Virus record (IMG/VR): IMGVR_UViG_3300025898_000004
Coordinates: 1-30,451 of that record
Source: a virus
Taxonomy: Duplodnaviria > Heunggongvirae > Uroviricota > Caudoviricetes
Direction: 5' to 3' (one strand)
Length of the DNA stretch: 30,451 bases
Below, in pieces: positions 30,320 to 30,451 of this stretch. The notes under the pieces are model-generated. The model was not told where the DNA came from. It did no database searches and saw only the letters and a list, made by a program, of their open reading frames with translations. Position numbers and translations under genes: made by a program. How positions within the stretch are numbered: the first letter of the stretch is position 1; each line of letters begins with the position of its first letter.

Positions 30320-30451
30320 ATGGGAAACGTCCAGGACTTCGGCCGTGACCCGTTGCCCGGTAGCGGGACATACGAGGTACGCGAACTGGGACGCGGCAAG
30401 ACACAGGGGCGTCTGCTGGGACGTGTCAGCGCGTACACCGTGGATGAGGCG
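30320..30451 (+). CDS. Hypothetical protein, truncated by window end
   Basis: GAGG RBS, ATG 30320, open to the end. Confidence 0.5.
   Translation, partial: MGNVQDFGRDPLPGSGTYEVRELGRGKTQGRLLGRVSAYTVDEA

Overview
This looks like a 30 kb segment of a large, high-GC actinobacteriophage (or prophage). Host and lifestyle cannot be determined; no integrase or structural genes are visible. 1-4160 (minus strand) is a dense RNA island: 16 tRNA or tRNA-like genes (none encoding CCA), a free-standing HNH endonuclease, a small Cys/His-containing ORF and many unexplained structured elements. The most notable are six RNAs sharing a conserved, covarying terminal helix (GATGCGAA(G/C)-N4/5-GGG(T/A)TACTTC ... 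(T/C)GGTTCTC). I interpret these as an expanded family of Y RNA/YrlA-like tRNA mimics. They carry different payloads: permuted cloverleaves, a normal-order cloverleaf, a half tRNA, or nothing. 4250-8400 holds an Rv2179c/RNase AS-like 3'-5' exonuclease, small genes, a SNF2-family helicase and a conserved low-GC phage gene. 8400-23400 holds dozens of small minus-strand genes, including five GGPxDG paralogs, DUF2786, a lipoprotein, a HicA-like gene and three HTH genes. 23400-24450 is a repeat-rich non-coding kilobase (possible origin or genome end). 24450-30451 holds single-gene early-type cassettes (LPD29 and others), with a strand switch near 28975. Twenty housekeeping-sigma-type promoters (TTGACA-N17-TAnnnT) punctuate the window, most with a palindromic operator-like extension, an upstream box and a conserved leader. 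All calls come from manual reading; no searches were run.
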